Below, one piece after another: positions 50,191 through 64,000 of a stretch of DNA of 64,000 nucleotides. Both the position numbers and the translations under genes were made by a program. The stretch comes from Ranitomeya imitator. Taxonomy: Eukaryota. A model generated the notes under the pieces. It saw only the letters and a program-made list of their open reading frames with translations, was not told the DNA's origin and ran no database searches. Numbering within the stretch: position 1 is the first letter of the stretch; each line of letters starts with the position of its first letter. Location of the stretch: positions 72,354,001-72,418,000 of the forward strand of contig NC_091282.1 of the NCBI RefSeq assembly GCF_032444005.1, read 5' to 3'.

Positions 50191-50807
50191 TTTCACAGGT
50201 CGTGGACGGTTACAGCACGGAAAATGTGCTGAGACTTGTAGTGCAGGTTAAAGGTGTTTTTTTTTTCTCTTTTACTTCAATGCAATGTATTTAGGGCTTA
50301 AAACGTTTGGAATCCTTTTTGGCTTGTCAGGTCCTGATTCATTTTGGTCTTTGGCCCATTTTTTGGTGTATTTTTTGCGTTTTCATTATTCTATTTAATA
50401 TGTGATCGCCTCTTTTTCTTTCTTCCACTTTATTGGAGGAGTTTAGTGATTCCAGGTATTTATTGCAACAGATTAATCAATTGCAACTTTTAAAAATTAC
50501 CAAAAACCAACAATTTTGACCACGTCTCTCCCAGGGATTCAGTCCGCGGTCGCCCCTTCATCCTGAACCAGAGGCCATCTTTGCCCCCTTTATGGGGCTG
50601 TGCGCTGTCACCACCAACCTGCAGACACAGAGTGTCACCTTATGATCTGAGATTCTGCCCCTTCCCTCCAATTTGCACACAGAGAACCTCAGTGTCATGT
50701 CTTCCCCAAGTTCCCATTATTCCACCTCCTGATTATCCTTCGTTATCACAGATTGGAGACCTAATGGCCAGTGATCCCCTCCAATATTGCACTACAATGG
50801 GAAGATA

Positions 50808-52816
<2,009 letters not shown>

Positions 52817-54467
52817 CACTTGTATTCTCAGGATCCTTCCTAATGCATGGAATGAATTATGTGTATCCTGATTTTAAGGGGATGTCTCAGCTTATGAAAG
52901 GGGTACAATCGGACAGGGTTTGTATAAATGTGCAACTTTGCAATTTACTTTTTATTAAAAATTCTCAAGAATGAAGATATTTTTTATTCAATAGTTTACC
53001 AGCCACCACTGCAGGTGACCGGATTCTTAGGCAAACTTTGTAAAAAGCGCAGCTCCATAGCTCCCTAGATCACCGGATCTGGCCAGCTTCATTGTGCCAG
53101 CACTATCCCATGCTACAATGGCAAAGCTGGAGAGTGACCATGCCACTAGTCCGAACTGTCAATAATGAAGAGCGCACCGCTCCCGGCAGTGAGGAAGAGA
53201 AGTAGCGGTGCACTCCTGAAGATGGAAGAAGAGGAAACGCTTTAAGGTTCCAGTAATCAGACTATATTCGGCTGATAACGGGTATTGGGGCTTCCAGCCA
53301 CAAATCCTTTTGTTTTCCAAGGAGATGAGCCGCCAGGGGGTCTGGGAACGCTGCTCTCATAGAGGACACATGAGCCTTCATCTAATGTATGGGGAGTCGC
53401 AGAAATATCTACTGCCGAACATTTGTCGAAGGATGCGTTCACACGTCCAGGAGTGATCTGTTAGAACGGATTCAGCAGCAATTCATTGATAAAAAAGTGC
53501 AGACAACTTTCTAAATAACTGATCTCTGCTGGATCCAATTTTTCTTTTTACATTGAAGTCTATTAAAATGGATCCGTTAATCATCCATCTGTTTTTCTCT
53601 CTTTTGAGACAGGTAATTTTATGGATATAAAAAAAAAAAATCTTTTCAATCATTTTTGCTTTCTCAACCATTAGGGTTAGGACAAATGGTGTCATCGGTC
53701 TAAACCTCGTCCCACCGTGCTGACCAAAGTAGAAGAAAATCAACCGGCCATGGGGATGATGTCGCGGGTGGGCAGAGCTTTGGCCACGACCCTTATTTTT
53801 GGGTCACCTACCAGTGTCAAACTCTGCATGAATGCAGAATCACGTGACTGCTGTGTATGGAGACCCTCTCGTGTGTCCGCACGTTCCCAGTTAGAGGTTT
53901 ACAGCCCCTGACGTGTTGTCTGACCGCTGTATAAAGTCCCATATGCTGAGCTCCCCCTAGTGGTGGCTGCTGGTAGCCAGTTTTGTCAGCTGTACAGAGA
54001 CTTCCAGACGGACTCCTGAGGTCAGAAATGCTGCAATGTTCAGAGAATACATAACATTAAAAGCAAGCTGGGGAATAAGGGGGAAGAGTCTTCTGGATCA
54101 GTCCCGCAGGATTCTCCCGCTCTGTCGGGGTCTCTCCCTACAACATACACAAGGTGAGACCCTCCAATCAAGATGGACGGGGGAAAAACCCAAAAGGAGC
54201 CTCTGACCAGACACTTCTCCCTCTGCCCGGTTTTTTCTTCATGCTATGTTCTCTCTTGGGTCTGGGCAGCGTAAAAGCGATTACAGGACCCCTTTAAGAG
54301 AGCGGATTTCTGTACGAGTGTCACAGCCCTCAATCTATCGAGGCACAAAGAAATAATGGAATCCATCTTTGTTCGAAATCATATATTATGTGACAAATCG
54401 TAATTACAGTACAAAATCTCCCAATATCGAGCAGTGTCGTCAGCGTGCGGCCCGGCAGGAGCGGCCA

Positions 54468-57400
54468 TCAGGACCTCGGCTTCAGCTCCTCTGTATCCGG
54501 GAATCCGGCGGCTCCCGCTGGTCCTAATGGGGGACTGTTCTGTGGGAGGTTTTTCGTCAGTGTGCCGTATATTCCCATGGCCTGTGCGCAAAGGGAGAGA
54601 AACATTACCCAGAGGTGAAGAGAGATCCGATACCGTAGTGGTGTCCGATCCGGGGCTTTCCAAATCTACAACTCCAAGCATGCCTGCTCAGTACATAGTG
54701 GGAGTTGTAGTTTCCCCATGAGACTACTTGCACACACACCTGGGTCACCATGCTGCTGATGTCTCCAGTGTTCGAAGGCAGTAGGATCGTGTTGGATTCT
54801 TTCGCCAGTTTGGAGAAGGCGGTCACGTACTGTTCTGCTATGGAGAGCGATGCCGCAGCATTACCGTGCTGGAGAGAAACAAGACCAGTAAGGTTATTAT
54901 ACAGGACGCCATCCACAACCATCACCTGTGATTGGGAGAAACTGGGGACTCAATGTTACATGTCCCAATTGGGGCTCACAATCTAGATTCCCTATCAGGA
55001 TGTCTTTGGAGTGTGGTAGCAAAGTGGAGAACCCAGAGGAAACCCACACAAACATGAGGAGAACATACCAACTCTTTGCAGATGTTGTCTTTGGTGGGAT
55101 TAGCACCCAGAACCCAGCGCTGCAAAGCAACAGTGCTAACCACTGAGCCACCATGCTAACCACTGAGCCACCATGCTGCCCTTTAAGTACATATTATGAT
55201 TATTCTATTCTTATTTTAAGAGGAGGTGCTGGGTGTTTAGACCCTTCAAGCTTTCTTTGCATAAAACCCATTTCGTTACTGGTTGACCCCATTAAGGCTG
55301 GGCCTACATGGCCAATACTGTGTCATATGTCCATTCACCAAACCGGAGAGAGACACATCTGAAAAGAGCGGTCCATCCGGTGTAGCCTGCATGGTATTCA
55401 CACCCCTCCAAGAAAACGTTTCCATCATGTAAGTATGAAGCTGGATGGACAGATCCTATAGCACTGAAAGACAACAGGAAGCACAGGGAATATGTAACGT
55501 CAGGGAGGGCTCCAGAGACGTTACCTGCTGGGTGAGGGAATCTGCCACCACACGTATCGCCTCGCCCCGAGCCTTAGCCTTGGCTAGGATTGCATTTGCT
55601 TCACCTGATAGAAAAAAAAATGAATGAAAAAACATTAAAAAAAAAACAACTTACATGTCCATAAACTTTACAGTCTACAGATCCATCATATGTAAAATTG
55701 AGGGCAGAACAGGAAGAAATTTTCTTTAGGTCAAATGCACAGACCAAATCAACACAGAGTATCCGTCATTTAATCTTCATTTCATGAATAGCGCACATGA
55801 CAATAAGCAGCTTTGTAATGTATCTTAACTGAGAAATTTGCTGGTTTCACTCTCAGTTCAGGGGTAAAAGTGATATTCAGCGAAGATACGAGATGACAGT
55901 TGGTGATTTTAAAATTCTATGGAGGGGGAGGAGCTAAAGGCCGAAACATTCTGCTGCACGTTCTCCCAAGGAGATGACGGTTGGTGCTCAAAATTCTAGA
56001 ACTGTCAGGAGAACTTGCAGCAGAATGTCCGGCTCCGCCTCCAGCTCCTCCCCCTTCATGGCACCAACCGTCACCTTGTATCTTAGTAATGTGAACAATT
56101 GCCTTCACTGAATAGATTTACCCATGAACATGTGAATTAATGAAGCAGATTTCTTTGATCGGATACATCATAAAGTTGTTATTTCCATGTGTGTTATTGA
56201 TTTATTTGGGGAACAGTTCCCAAATGAAGTTGTCGTCATATATTACATCTGACAAGCCAATGATAGAGGTCAGAAGGGGAAACTGGGGACGGGCCGTAGT
56301 ACAGACATCTCCGCACATGAAGATGAATGTTTGACCAGACTCTGCCCATGTGCTGGGAGTTCTCCTCTGAAGTCTGGGGTGACCAATGGGCCATGGTGGG
56401 CGACTAGTTCAGCACAGACACTGACCTGCAGCTCTGTTAATCTGCTCTGCTCGCTCTGCCTCGGAGGCCAAGATCTGGGCCTGCTTTTGCCCCTCGGCCA
56501 CATTGATGGCAGATTCTCTGGTCCCTTCAGATTCTAACACCATCGCCCTCTTCCGACGTTCGGCTTCAACCTGAAGAGACATTAATCGTTTTATCGCATG
56601 ATCGACAATTCGATGATAGCGTTACACAGAAAAACAAGTTGCCCTAGGAAGAAGCCAACAGGCGAAACCCAGGGTCAAGTAGAAGCTGGCGTTCCGCGTG
56701 TTTTACATTTTTATGCGTTAACATATCTATACTTGGGGGTAAAACAAAAAAACTCAACTGCTCTGTCTATTGTTGGGGGTAATGGCTGGTGGAACTACTG
56801 GTCTCAGCAAGACTGACAGAACCATCACTGGAGGAAAACATTGATATTGGAAGTTTGATGAGGAGGAAGGATCCTGGATGTTGTGGATTCTGCACTAAAG
56901 ATCGTTGATTTGGTAAAGATGTGTTTTACTGTATGCAGTAATATAAGGCCTCCAAAGGTGGAACTGAATTTGGCTCCAGCGAAGTCTCCGCTCCCACGGG
57001 CGGAACCAGCGGAGTCTCCGCTCCCACGGGCGGAACCAGCGGAGTCTCCGCTCCCACGGGCGGAACCAGCGGAGTCTCCGCTCCCACGGGCGGAACCAGC
57101 GGAGTCTCCGCTCCCACGGGCGGAACCAGCGGAGTCTCCGCTCCCACGGGCGGAACCAGCGGAGTCTCCGCTCCCACGGGCGGAACCAGCGGAGTCTCCG
57201 CTCCCGCGGGCGGAACCAGCGGAGTCTCCGCTCCTACAGGCAGAACCAGCGGAGTCTCTGCTCCTATAGGCCATTCCTGCGGTATTTCCGCTCCTACAGG
57301 AGTTTCCTGTGGAGTATCTGCTTCTATAGGTGGGTCCTGCGGCGTTACTGGGTGAAAACTGTTTGTACTATTTTATATGAAGTTCTGTGGATAACAGGAC

Positions 57401-60400
57401 CCTGGTTGCGCACAATCTACATAGGATTGAATAAATGGAAACTTAAGCACCTGGGCACTAATAATCGATGGGCATCATATATTCTAGGGGAGAGTATAAC
57501 TAGGAGAGTCACTTGTAGAGAAGGATCTGGAAGTCAATCAGCGGCTTCTTGTGCCCCATAACTCATTCAATTCTATAGGAGGTAAAGAGTAGCTCAGCCG
57601 CAGTGTAAAGCATGGTGGCAGGACCAGCACTGTACAGGGAAATACTGTGAAGAAACCTCTTCATTTTTAGGATAGGCACGGGTCCTACAATTCGTACTCT
57701 GACCAATCATACATTGATAGCATGTCCTAGTTACATATTATCACATCGTAATACCTCTTAAAGGGAACCCATCAGCTGATCCTTGCTGCTTATGCCACTG
57801 GCAGCAAGAATCAGACCCCGGCCACGTAACTGCAGCCGTGTATATACTACTAGGACTAGGAGACCAAGACAGCGAGTTCAAAACTTCTCCTCGCCCTGTT
57901 CCTCTAATTAGAGAGATGAGTGTCAGTCTAGGGAAGGGGGACAGCGAGGAGCAGCCGGGGGTCTGCCTCCTGGACTACTTGCCCTAGTTGCATAGTGCTT
58001 AGCATCAAAGCATGTCCCATCTGAAAAGCAACAAATCATCATAGTAACACATACAAGGCGTCAATAGCACAGACCATGTCTGATTGATGATCAGGGTCTA
58101 CAATGTGTTCCCTTTATAACAGAAAACCCTCTATAGCTTTATGATAAAGCTGCGTGCAGCAGTTGCCGGCCAGGGGGCACAGGAGGACCTACCTGCATCT
58201 GCATGGCCTCTCTCACTTTTGGAGGCACGTGGATGTCCTTAATTTCATACCGCAGACACTTGATGCCCCAGTAATCAGAAGCCTGGTTAATTGCGTCCAC
58301 AATATTGGAGTTGAGCGATTCCCTCTCCTGATTCATTCCGAAACATGAAAAAACAAACAAATCGTTTTGCTGTCCAATTCCTAACCCAACTTTGGACATA
58401 AATATTATTTATGCTACATCTCCTTCAAAGGGTTTTCCGGTTTCGTAAAAACCACCATCTTGTTTAAAAAAACAAAACAAAAAAAACTGAACTTTACTCA
58501 CCCTCCCCAGGTCCGACGACGACTCTCCGCTGCTGCGCTTGGTGCCGGTTAATGTTTGCAATGACGACATCACGTTGACACTGCTGCAGCCGATCAGTGA
58601 GCTCAGCGTCTCATACCACCAACTGGGGAAGAGCTCACCGACTGGCATCAGTACTGTCGACGTGGCGTCAGCACTGCAGACAATACCAGACACCATAAGC
58701 TGCGGCATAGTCTCAGAGCCGGACCTGGGGAGGGTGAGTAAAGACCAATCCTGTATTACAAGGATGAGAAACTAGTGACAAAAGATAAACTTACCCGGAA
58801 AACCTTGTCTAATGTCAGTTTTCCAAGCTCAGATCGCATGGTGGTCTGTGCCAACTGAGTGACTGCGTATTCTGGATCTTCCACGCCGTAACTGGCCTGA
58901 ACACAAACCACAACACAATAAATGGATGCAGCTACAGATGCTATATATTAAGGGTCTAGCGTATAAAAAAATTTTTTTTATCATTATTAATGGAAACTCT
59001 GAAGCTAAAAACACATACTGATCTAGTCCTGCTCTCACATCTGTGGGCTTTATGCAATGTGTCAGTGTTGAAAATCCCATGTTGGTTTAAAGAGGACTTT
59101 TTCAAGCATGTTAAACTGGTCATAACCTGGAAGAATGGCTGCAGAGCCGAGTAAAACAGTTTTTATTGGGATAGAGCAGAGCTGAGGGCGATTACAAACA
59201 CTCCCAGATCTCCTGTCATGGCAGTCATTGTGGGGGGAGGAGAATACATACCTGAGTGTACAGCTGAGCGTCATTACAAACATTTCCAGATCTCCTCTAA
59301 CTGCAATCGGTGAAGGGGAGGAGAATACAAAGCTGACTGTATAACCAAATTTCATTACAAACATTTCCGGATATCCTTTCCTTGCAGTCAGTATGGGGAG
59401 AGAAGAATACATAACTGACTGTATGGCCAAGTGTAATTACAAACACTTCCAGATCTCCTCTCACCTTAGTCAACATAGGGGAAGGAATCTACGTAGCTGA
59501 GTGTATGGCAGAGCGTCATTACAAATTCTTCTAGATCGGCTCTCGCAGCAGTCAGTGTTGGGAGGAGGAGAATACATAGCTAAGTGTATAACCAATTGCC
59601 ATTACAAATACAGTTTGCTCTCACAGATCCACCCCTCCCCCACACTGTCCAGAGAGGAGATTTGGAAGCGTTTGTATTCGTACTCAGCTCTCCTATATCC
59701 CTTTCAGACAGACTGCTGTGACAGGAGGACTAAAAGTGTTTGCGATCACATTCAGCTCTGCTGCATTCTTCCTCCCTCCCCACTGACAGCCTTTTACAGG
59801 AGATTTGCATTATCACACTTGGCAATACCGTGATCAAATTCCCCACCCCCGTACCCCTCTACACACACACACACACACACACACTCAGCAATACTGTGTT
59901 CTCCTACCCCCGAATCTCTCTCTTTCCACAAACACACACAAAGATCTGGAATTTTTTGTAATCACACTTCGCTTTGATCTATACTACACAGTTGCTGCAG
60001 AGATCAGGGTTGGGAGTAGAGTTGTCTTTCAGAAGAACGCCTGTTCAGACCTTCTGAAGGAGGATTCTTTTTCCCCTGCATGACACTGACCAATCATTAG
60101 CAGGAGACGTCATGCAGGTGACAAAGTACACACCCCCAGAGAAAAATCTCTGGTAACGCCCCCTTTGACTTATCATAAACTATAAATATTTCTGCAATGG
60201 AGAAAAGAAATAAAAAAATAAAAACTATATTTTATTCAGCTCTACAGCTGCTACATTGCATTTTTTGATGAAAGTGCAAAAGCCTCCAATCACATCAAGG
60301 TGACCTATATGGATGGTCCCTAACCACTAAATGTCCTACCTCTCCATGTGCCAAACCAGCCTCATCTGAATGGGGAGTGAAAAGGAAACCAGGCTTACAA

Positions 60401-63266
60401 TGAAAACCTTGTGTGGGAAAGATGGGTGGAGGAGGGTGGTGGGTCTTTAGTGTTTAGGAACCATCCATATTTAGGTTCACCTTGACGTGGTTGGAAGGTT
60501 TTGCACTAAAAGTTATCACCTTACATTTTTAACGTTTGCAGCAACATTGGAGATCATTAATTCATTATTCGCCGTGTGCTGATGCACCGTGTCTCTATAT
60601 GTTCAGTGTTGCAGTTGTCGCATCCCCCAATATCATAGAAAGACGAGTGCGTAGAGAAGGAGATGTGAGGCTCACCTTATAAGGGTCCATGACACGTAGG
60701 TAAAGGACTCCATCTATCTGTAAGGTCACATTGTCTGTAGAGAGGGGACAACATCATTCGTCATCATTAGTAACCAGCACTGAGGGTCTGAGTACAGCAA
60801 TATCAGAGTCCTGCTCTTTACTGATGACTTAAAGGGAACCTGCCACCCCCTAGGGCCTATTAAGGTAAAAGAGCCACCTTCTGCAGCACTAAGGCTGCAT
60901 TCTGTGAAGGTGGCGCTTATGTTTTTGATCCCTAATAACGTTGAAATAGTCACTTTTATAAATTGCGCCCCATACCTGTATTGAGTCCGGGGGGAACGTT
61001 TTCTTCCCCTGACTCAGCCGTCCATCATCCCCTCACTGCACAGAGTGCCGCCTCCTCTATCAGCAGCTTCCTAGTCATCGTAACCCAATATACAGTGCAG
61101 AAGAGCAATTATTACAGCGGCTGCTCTCTTTACGGTGACTATATCTGCGTCGGCGCCGCCCCCGTGACTGACACTGGAACTTCAATTTCTCCCCATATCT
61201 GCAGATTAATAGCATTTTTTTCTAGCGACAGGTCCCCTTAACTTCATTGCGCTGTCCATATTAAAAAATGGGATCTGGGTTTGAACACTCTAACATAGCA
61301 AACATTCACCAGCACCAGAAATGGCTTCACGCCAGGGCTATGTGTAGCAGAAATCACGATTTCCTATGAACGTCGGTCACAAGCTGGCATTCACAGGAGA
61401 ATCATAATGACAGGTACGGGGATCATCAGCAGATCCCCAGCTTTCATGAAAACCTATCGGCGTACCTCGATCACATGACGTGGAAACCCGCTGGGTAGGA
61501 TTTATGATGCGCTTCTGGCCGACAAGTGTTAATGCCGGGTTTAGTGATTAACAGTGGAACTTAACTGATTAACAACCACAGTTGGAAGTGGAACACAGAT
61601 CCACCCGCGGCTGTTAAAGGCATATCACGATTAAATCCGTTGTCATGTGCGGGAAAAAACACGAGCTCAGCGTCACAGCCCACATCAAAATCAGGGACCG
61701 GACATATGATGTAAATATACGGATAAGGCAGGGGATGATAACTTTAGAAGATTATGACTCCATTAGGGTATGGCATTAAAAACATATCCAGTATATTGAA
61801 CAATATTGACCAGTCCAGCGTCAAAACCGCACGAAATTGGTCTCTGTCACAGAAAATAAAATGAAAAGATCCAAAGATATCAGGAGACTGACCCAGGCTG
61901 ACGGCGGACTGCTCAGGAACGTTGATCACGATCTCCTTCAGGCTCTGTACATATCGGATACGATCTAGAAATGGAATGAGGATGTTCAGACCCTGAAAAG
62001 ACAAAAGCAAAACTGTAACACATGTAACACCAGTGACATTCTGTATAAGACACATTAGTGCACAAGACCAGTGGAGCACAGGACAATGGGGGGAGGGGTA
62101 AGGCGGCGATGACATAAACAGGGAACAAACCCAAAATAACCCAGATTAAAAATGAATGGTGGCAACATAAAAAAAAAAAAATTCAAGCAGGAGAATACTT
62201 TTACAAAGTCTGTGTTACAGGGAACATGTACAGGCAATATGTACCTACACTAAAATCCAAAGGGGTAAATCATTTTAAGGCAAGCCCGGCAGGGGATGTT
62301 GTATGGCTAATGTGCCCACTTACAGGTCTATAGAGTAATCCACAAGGATGAATACTTTTTGCACGCGTTCATATTCTGTCTAGAGCCTACATAAGGGGTA
62401 CTTTGGGAGGGGATCCAGATAGACCCCTGACAGGGGCCGAGATGTAGGCGATTATATAGGCACATGGTGACCAATGCTGGGCGATTAGAGCGCTATAGAT
62501 ACATCTGGCTTCTCGGCCGGGAGATTCTCTTAGTTTACACTTGATACGTGATGTGAACGCGCTCTTAGTCGCACCACAACTTCTTTTCTGAATACAGATA
62601 ATCTAGACGCAAATCCTGCACCAACCGGCTCCAAAATGCGGTGGAATCTGCCCATGCGCTCCACCACCCAGGCCTCCTGCTGGGGGACAAACAGGACCAC
62701 CGTGTTCATTGGAAGTCCAGATGAGGCGTAACGCTGCACCTCAACGTTCCAGGCTCTTGGACCACTGATTTGGGAGCCCTGCGGAAAATAAGAAATGGCA
62801 GGAGATCAGAGAAATAAAAGAAACCCGAACCATATAAATACTGCAAACTCCTGGGGGCCTCATCAAATGCAACAGCGCCTGTAATATAAAGTGCACACGC
62901 ACCAGCCAGAGCTACACGACTCGCCTGTGCTCTACTTCTGCTGTAGGGCAGCCACTATTTCCTGATGGGCTTGTATACACAGAAAACAAAATCAGTGCTG
63001 CAGTGTAAAGCATGGGGGACAGAGGAATGGAAAACCTGATCTGGCCAGACAAGATGGCCAAAAATAATGCAGCCCAGCCCCCACACCTGTCCCTGCACAG
63101 TCACCCCGCGCTATACATCCCCAGTACACAGCAATAGTCAGAGGGCAGGTCACAGATCAGCATACACAGGAGGACAATCAAAGGGTTAATGTTTGCCACT
63201 ACAGCCCCCAGTGTCCGTCCTCACCCTCAGCAGGGCGCCCCCGGCCCGGCTCACTGCCCGCAGCAT
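54468..63266 (-). CDS. STOML2: Stomatin-like protein 2, mitochondrial (SLP-2), 352 aa
   Basis: Coding exons (minus): 63225-63266, 62626-62778, 61893-61992, 60676-60734, 58795-58896, 58193-58327, 56426-56570, 55525-55604, 54740-54868, 54468-54581. GT-AG and phase-consistent, 1059 nt. SPFH motifs FVPQQEAWVVERMGRF, AVTQLAQTTMRSELGKL, CLRYEIKDI and VEAERRKRA. Confidence 0.97.
56976..57335. repeat. 30-bp GC-rich minisatellite (~9 near-perfect plus ~3 degenerate copies) in STOML2 intron 6
   Basis: Unit ccagcggagtctccgctcccacgggcggaa, period 30. Confidence 0.95.
57762..58113. mobile_element. T2-type MITE
   Basis: TTAA|agggaaccc ... tgtgttccct|TTAT. Confidence 0.6.
59150..59830. repeat. Degenerate ~82-bp tandem repeats followed by inverted copies
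   Basis: attacaaaca...agatctcc recurs near 59191, 59274, 59353, 59436, 59517 and 59600. Reverse-oriented remnants follow after ~59650. Confidence 0.65.
60833..61237. mobile_element. T2-type MITE
   Basis: TTAA|agggaacctgcca ... gacaggtcccc|TTAA, with inverted arms. Confidence 0.75.
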
Positions 63267-63269
63267 GTC

Positions 63270-63480
63270 CCCGGTCTGATCCTGCACTTTCTTCTACTGC
63301 AACCAGTGTGCAATCTCTCCAGCGGCGCCGGATAATGACGTCACTGTCAGCCGCGGACTGTCATGCAGAACGAAGAGACGCACAGTGATGACGACATGGA
63401 GGTGAAGCCGGCGCCATACTGATAAGGTCACAATCACGAAAAGAATTAGTATGACGCCATCTTGGGAGTGGCAAACGTAG
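63270..63480 (-). promoter_or_regulatory. STOML2 promoter / 5' UTR
   Basis: CpG-rich region directly upstream of the ATG. Full CRE TGACGTCA at 63336-43, AAGGTCA nuclear-receptor half-site at ~63424-30 and YY1-type CGCCATCTT at 63455-63. Confidence 0.65.
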
Positions 63481-63667
63481 ACTCTTGTTCAACGTTCAGG
63501 TTTTTCGTCTAAAGAAAATGAACTTATTAAAAGATTTCTCCCAACAGACAAGAATATGTGTCCGCATCCAGTCATGGGAACCTCAGGATACTGGTTTGAA
63601 AAATACAATTCAGACATAACCATTGATCATGTGTCCATGAGCTGTCCCCGTGTGTTTTCATTCTTGA

Positions 63668-64000
63668 GCAGAACAGTGAGTGCAGCTCTGGGGTATAATA
63701 CAGGATGTAACTCAGGATCAGTAATGTATGTACACAGTGACTGCACCAGCAGAATAGTGAGTGCAGCTCTGGGGTATAATACAGGATGTAACTCGGGATC
63801 AGTAATGTATGTACACAGTGACTGCACCAGCAGAATAGTGAGTGCAGCTCTGGGGTATAATACAGGATGTAACTCGGGATCAGTAATGTATGTACACAGT
63901 GACTGCACCAGCAGAATAGTGAGTGCAGCTCTGGGGTATAATACAGGATGTAACTCGGGATCAGTAATGTATGTACACAGTGACTGCACCAGCAGAATAG
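63668..64000. repeat. 81-bp tandem satellite running off the window end
   Basis: tgcagctctggggtataatacaggatgtaac recurs at 63681, 63762, 63843 and 63924. Confidence 0.95.

Noticed and set aside
53950-53963. CTCF-like CCACTAGGGGGAG between STOML2 and PIGO
   Set aside because: It has a mismatch in the core and appears to lie in a MITE-like segment, so it cannot be distinguished from repeat-borne background.
54666-54712. ZNF143/THAP11-like ACTACAACTCCCA motif pair in STOML2 intron 9
   Set aside because: It is arranged as a short hairpin resembling a common dispersed amphibian mini-repeat and is far from a promoter, so there is no support for function.
56825-57274. 149-aa and 128-aa repeat ORFs as a nested gene
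   Set aside because: They are open only because the 30-bp unit lacks stops. No splice or promoter support was seen.
63627-63989. 27-aa repeat ORF
   Set aside because: It is a translation of the 81-bp satellite.

Overview
Vertebrate genomic DNA, most likely an anuran (frog), inferred from the repeat types; it is not prokaryotic. The right half holds two intact minus-strand multi-exon genes: STOML2 (10 coding exons, 352 aa, 54468-63266) and PIGO (10 coding exons, 1081 aa, 38588-47630). I assembled both by hand with GT-AG junctions and consistent phases. The left half is transposon-rich: Tc1/mariner copies, a hAT remnant, a CR1 fragment, a non-autonomous Helitron, a solo LTR, many MITEs and a full-length L1 with TSDs. 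Two features stand out. (1) An uninterrupted 741-aa THAP + Kolobok-type DDE transposase ORF (17420-19645, minus) has a splice acceptor just before its ATG, a candidate distal CpG-rich first exon and no flanking TIRs that I could find, so it is a candidate domesticated gene. (2) A 244-bp tandem array (801-1885) carries a minimal type-I hammerhead-ribozyme-like motif in every unit on the minus strand. It is flanked by ~180-bp inverted repeats and followed by a head-to-head pair of degenerate hammerheads, a retrozyme/Penelope-like arrangement. All family assignments come from motif recognition by eye, not database searches.
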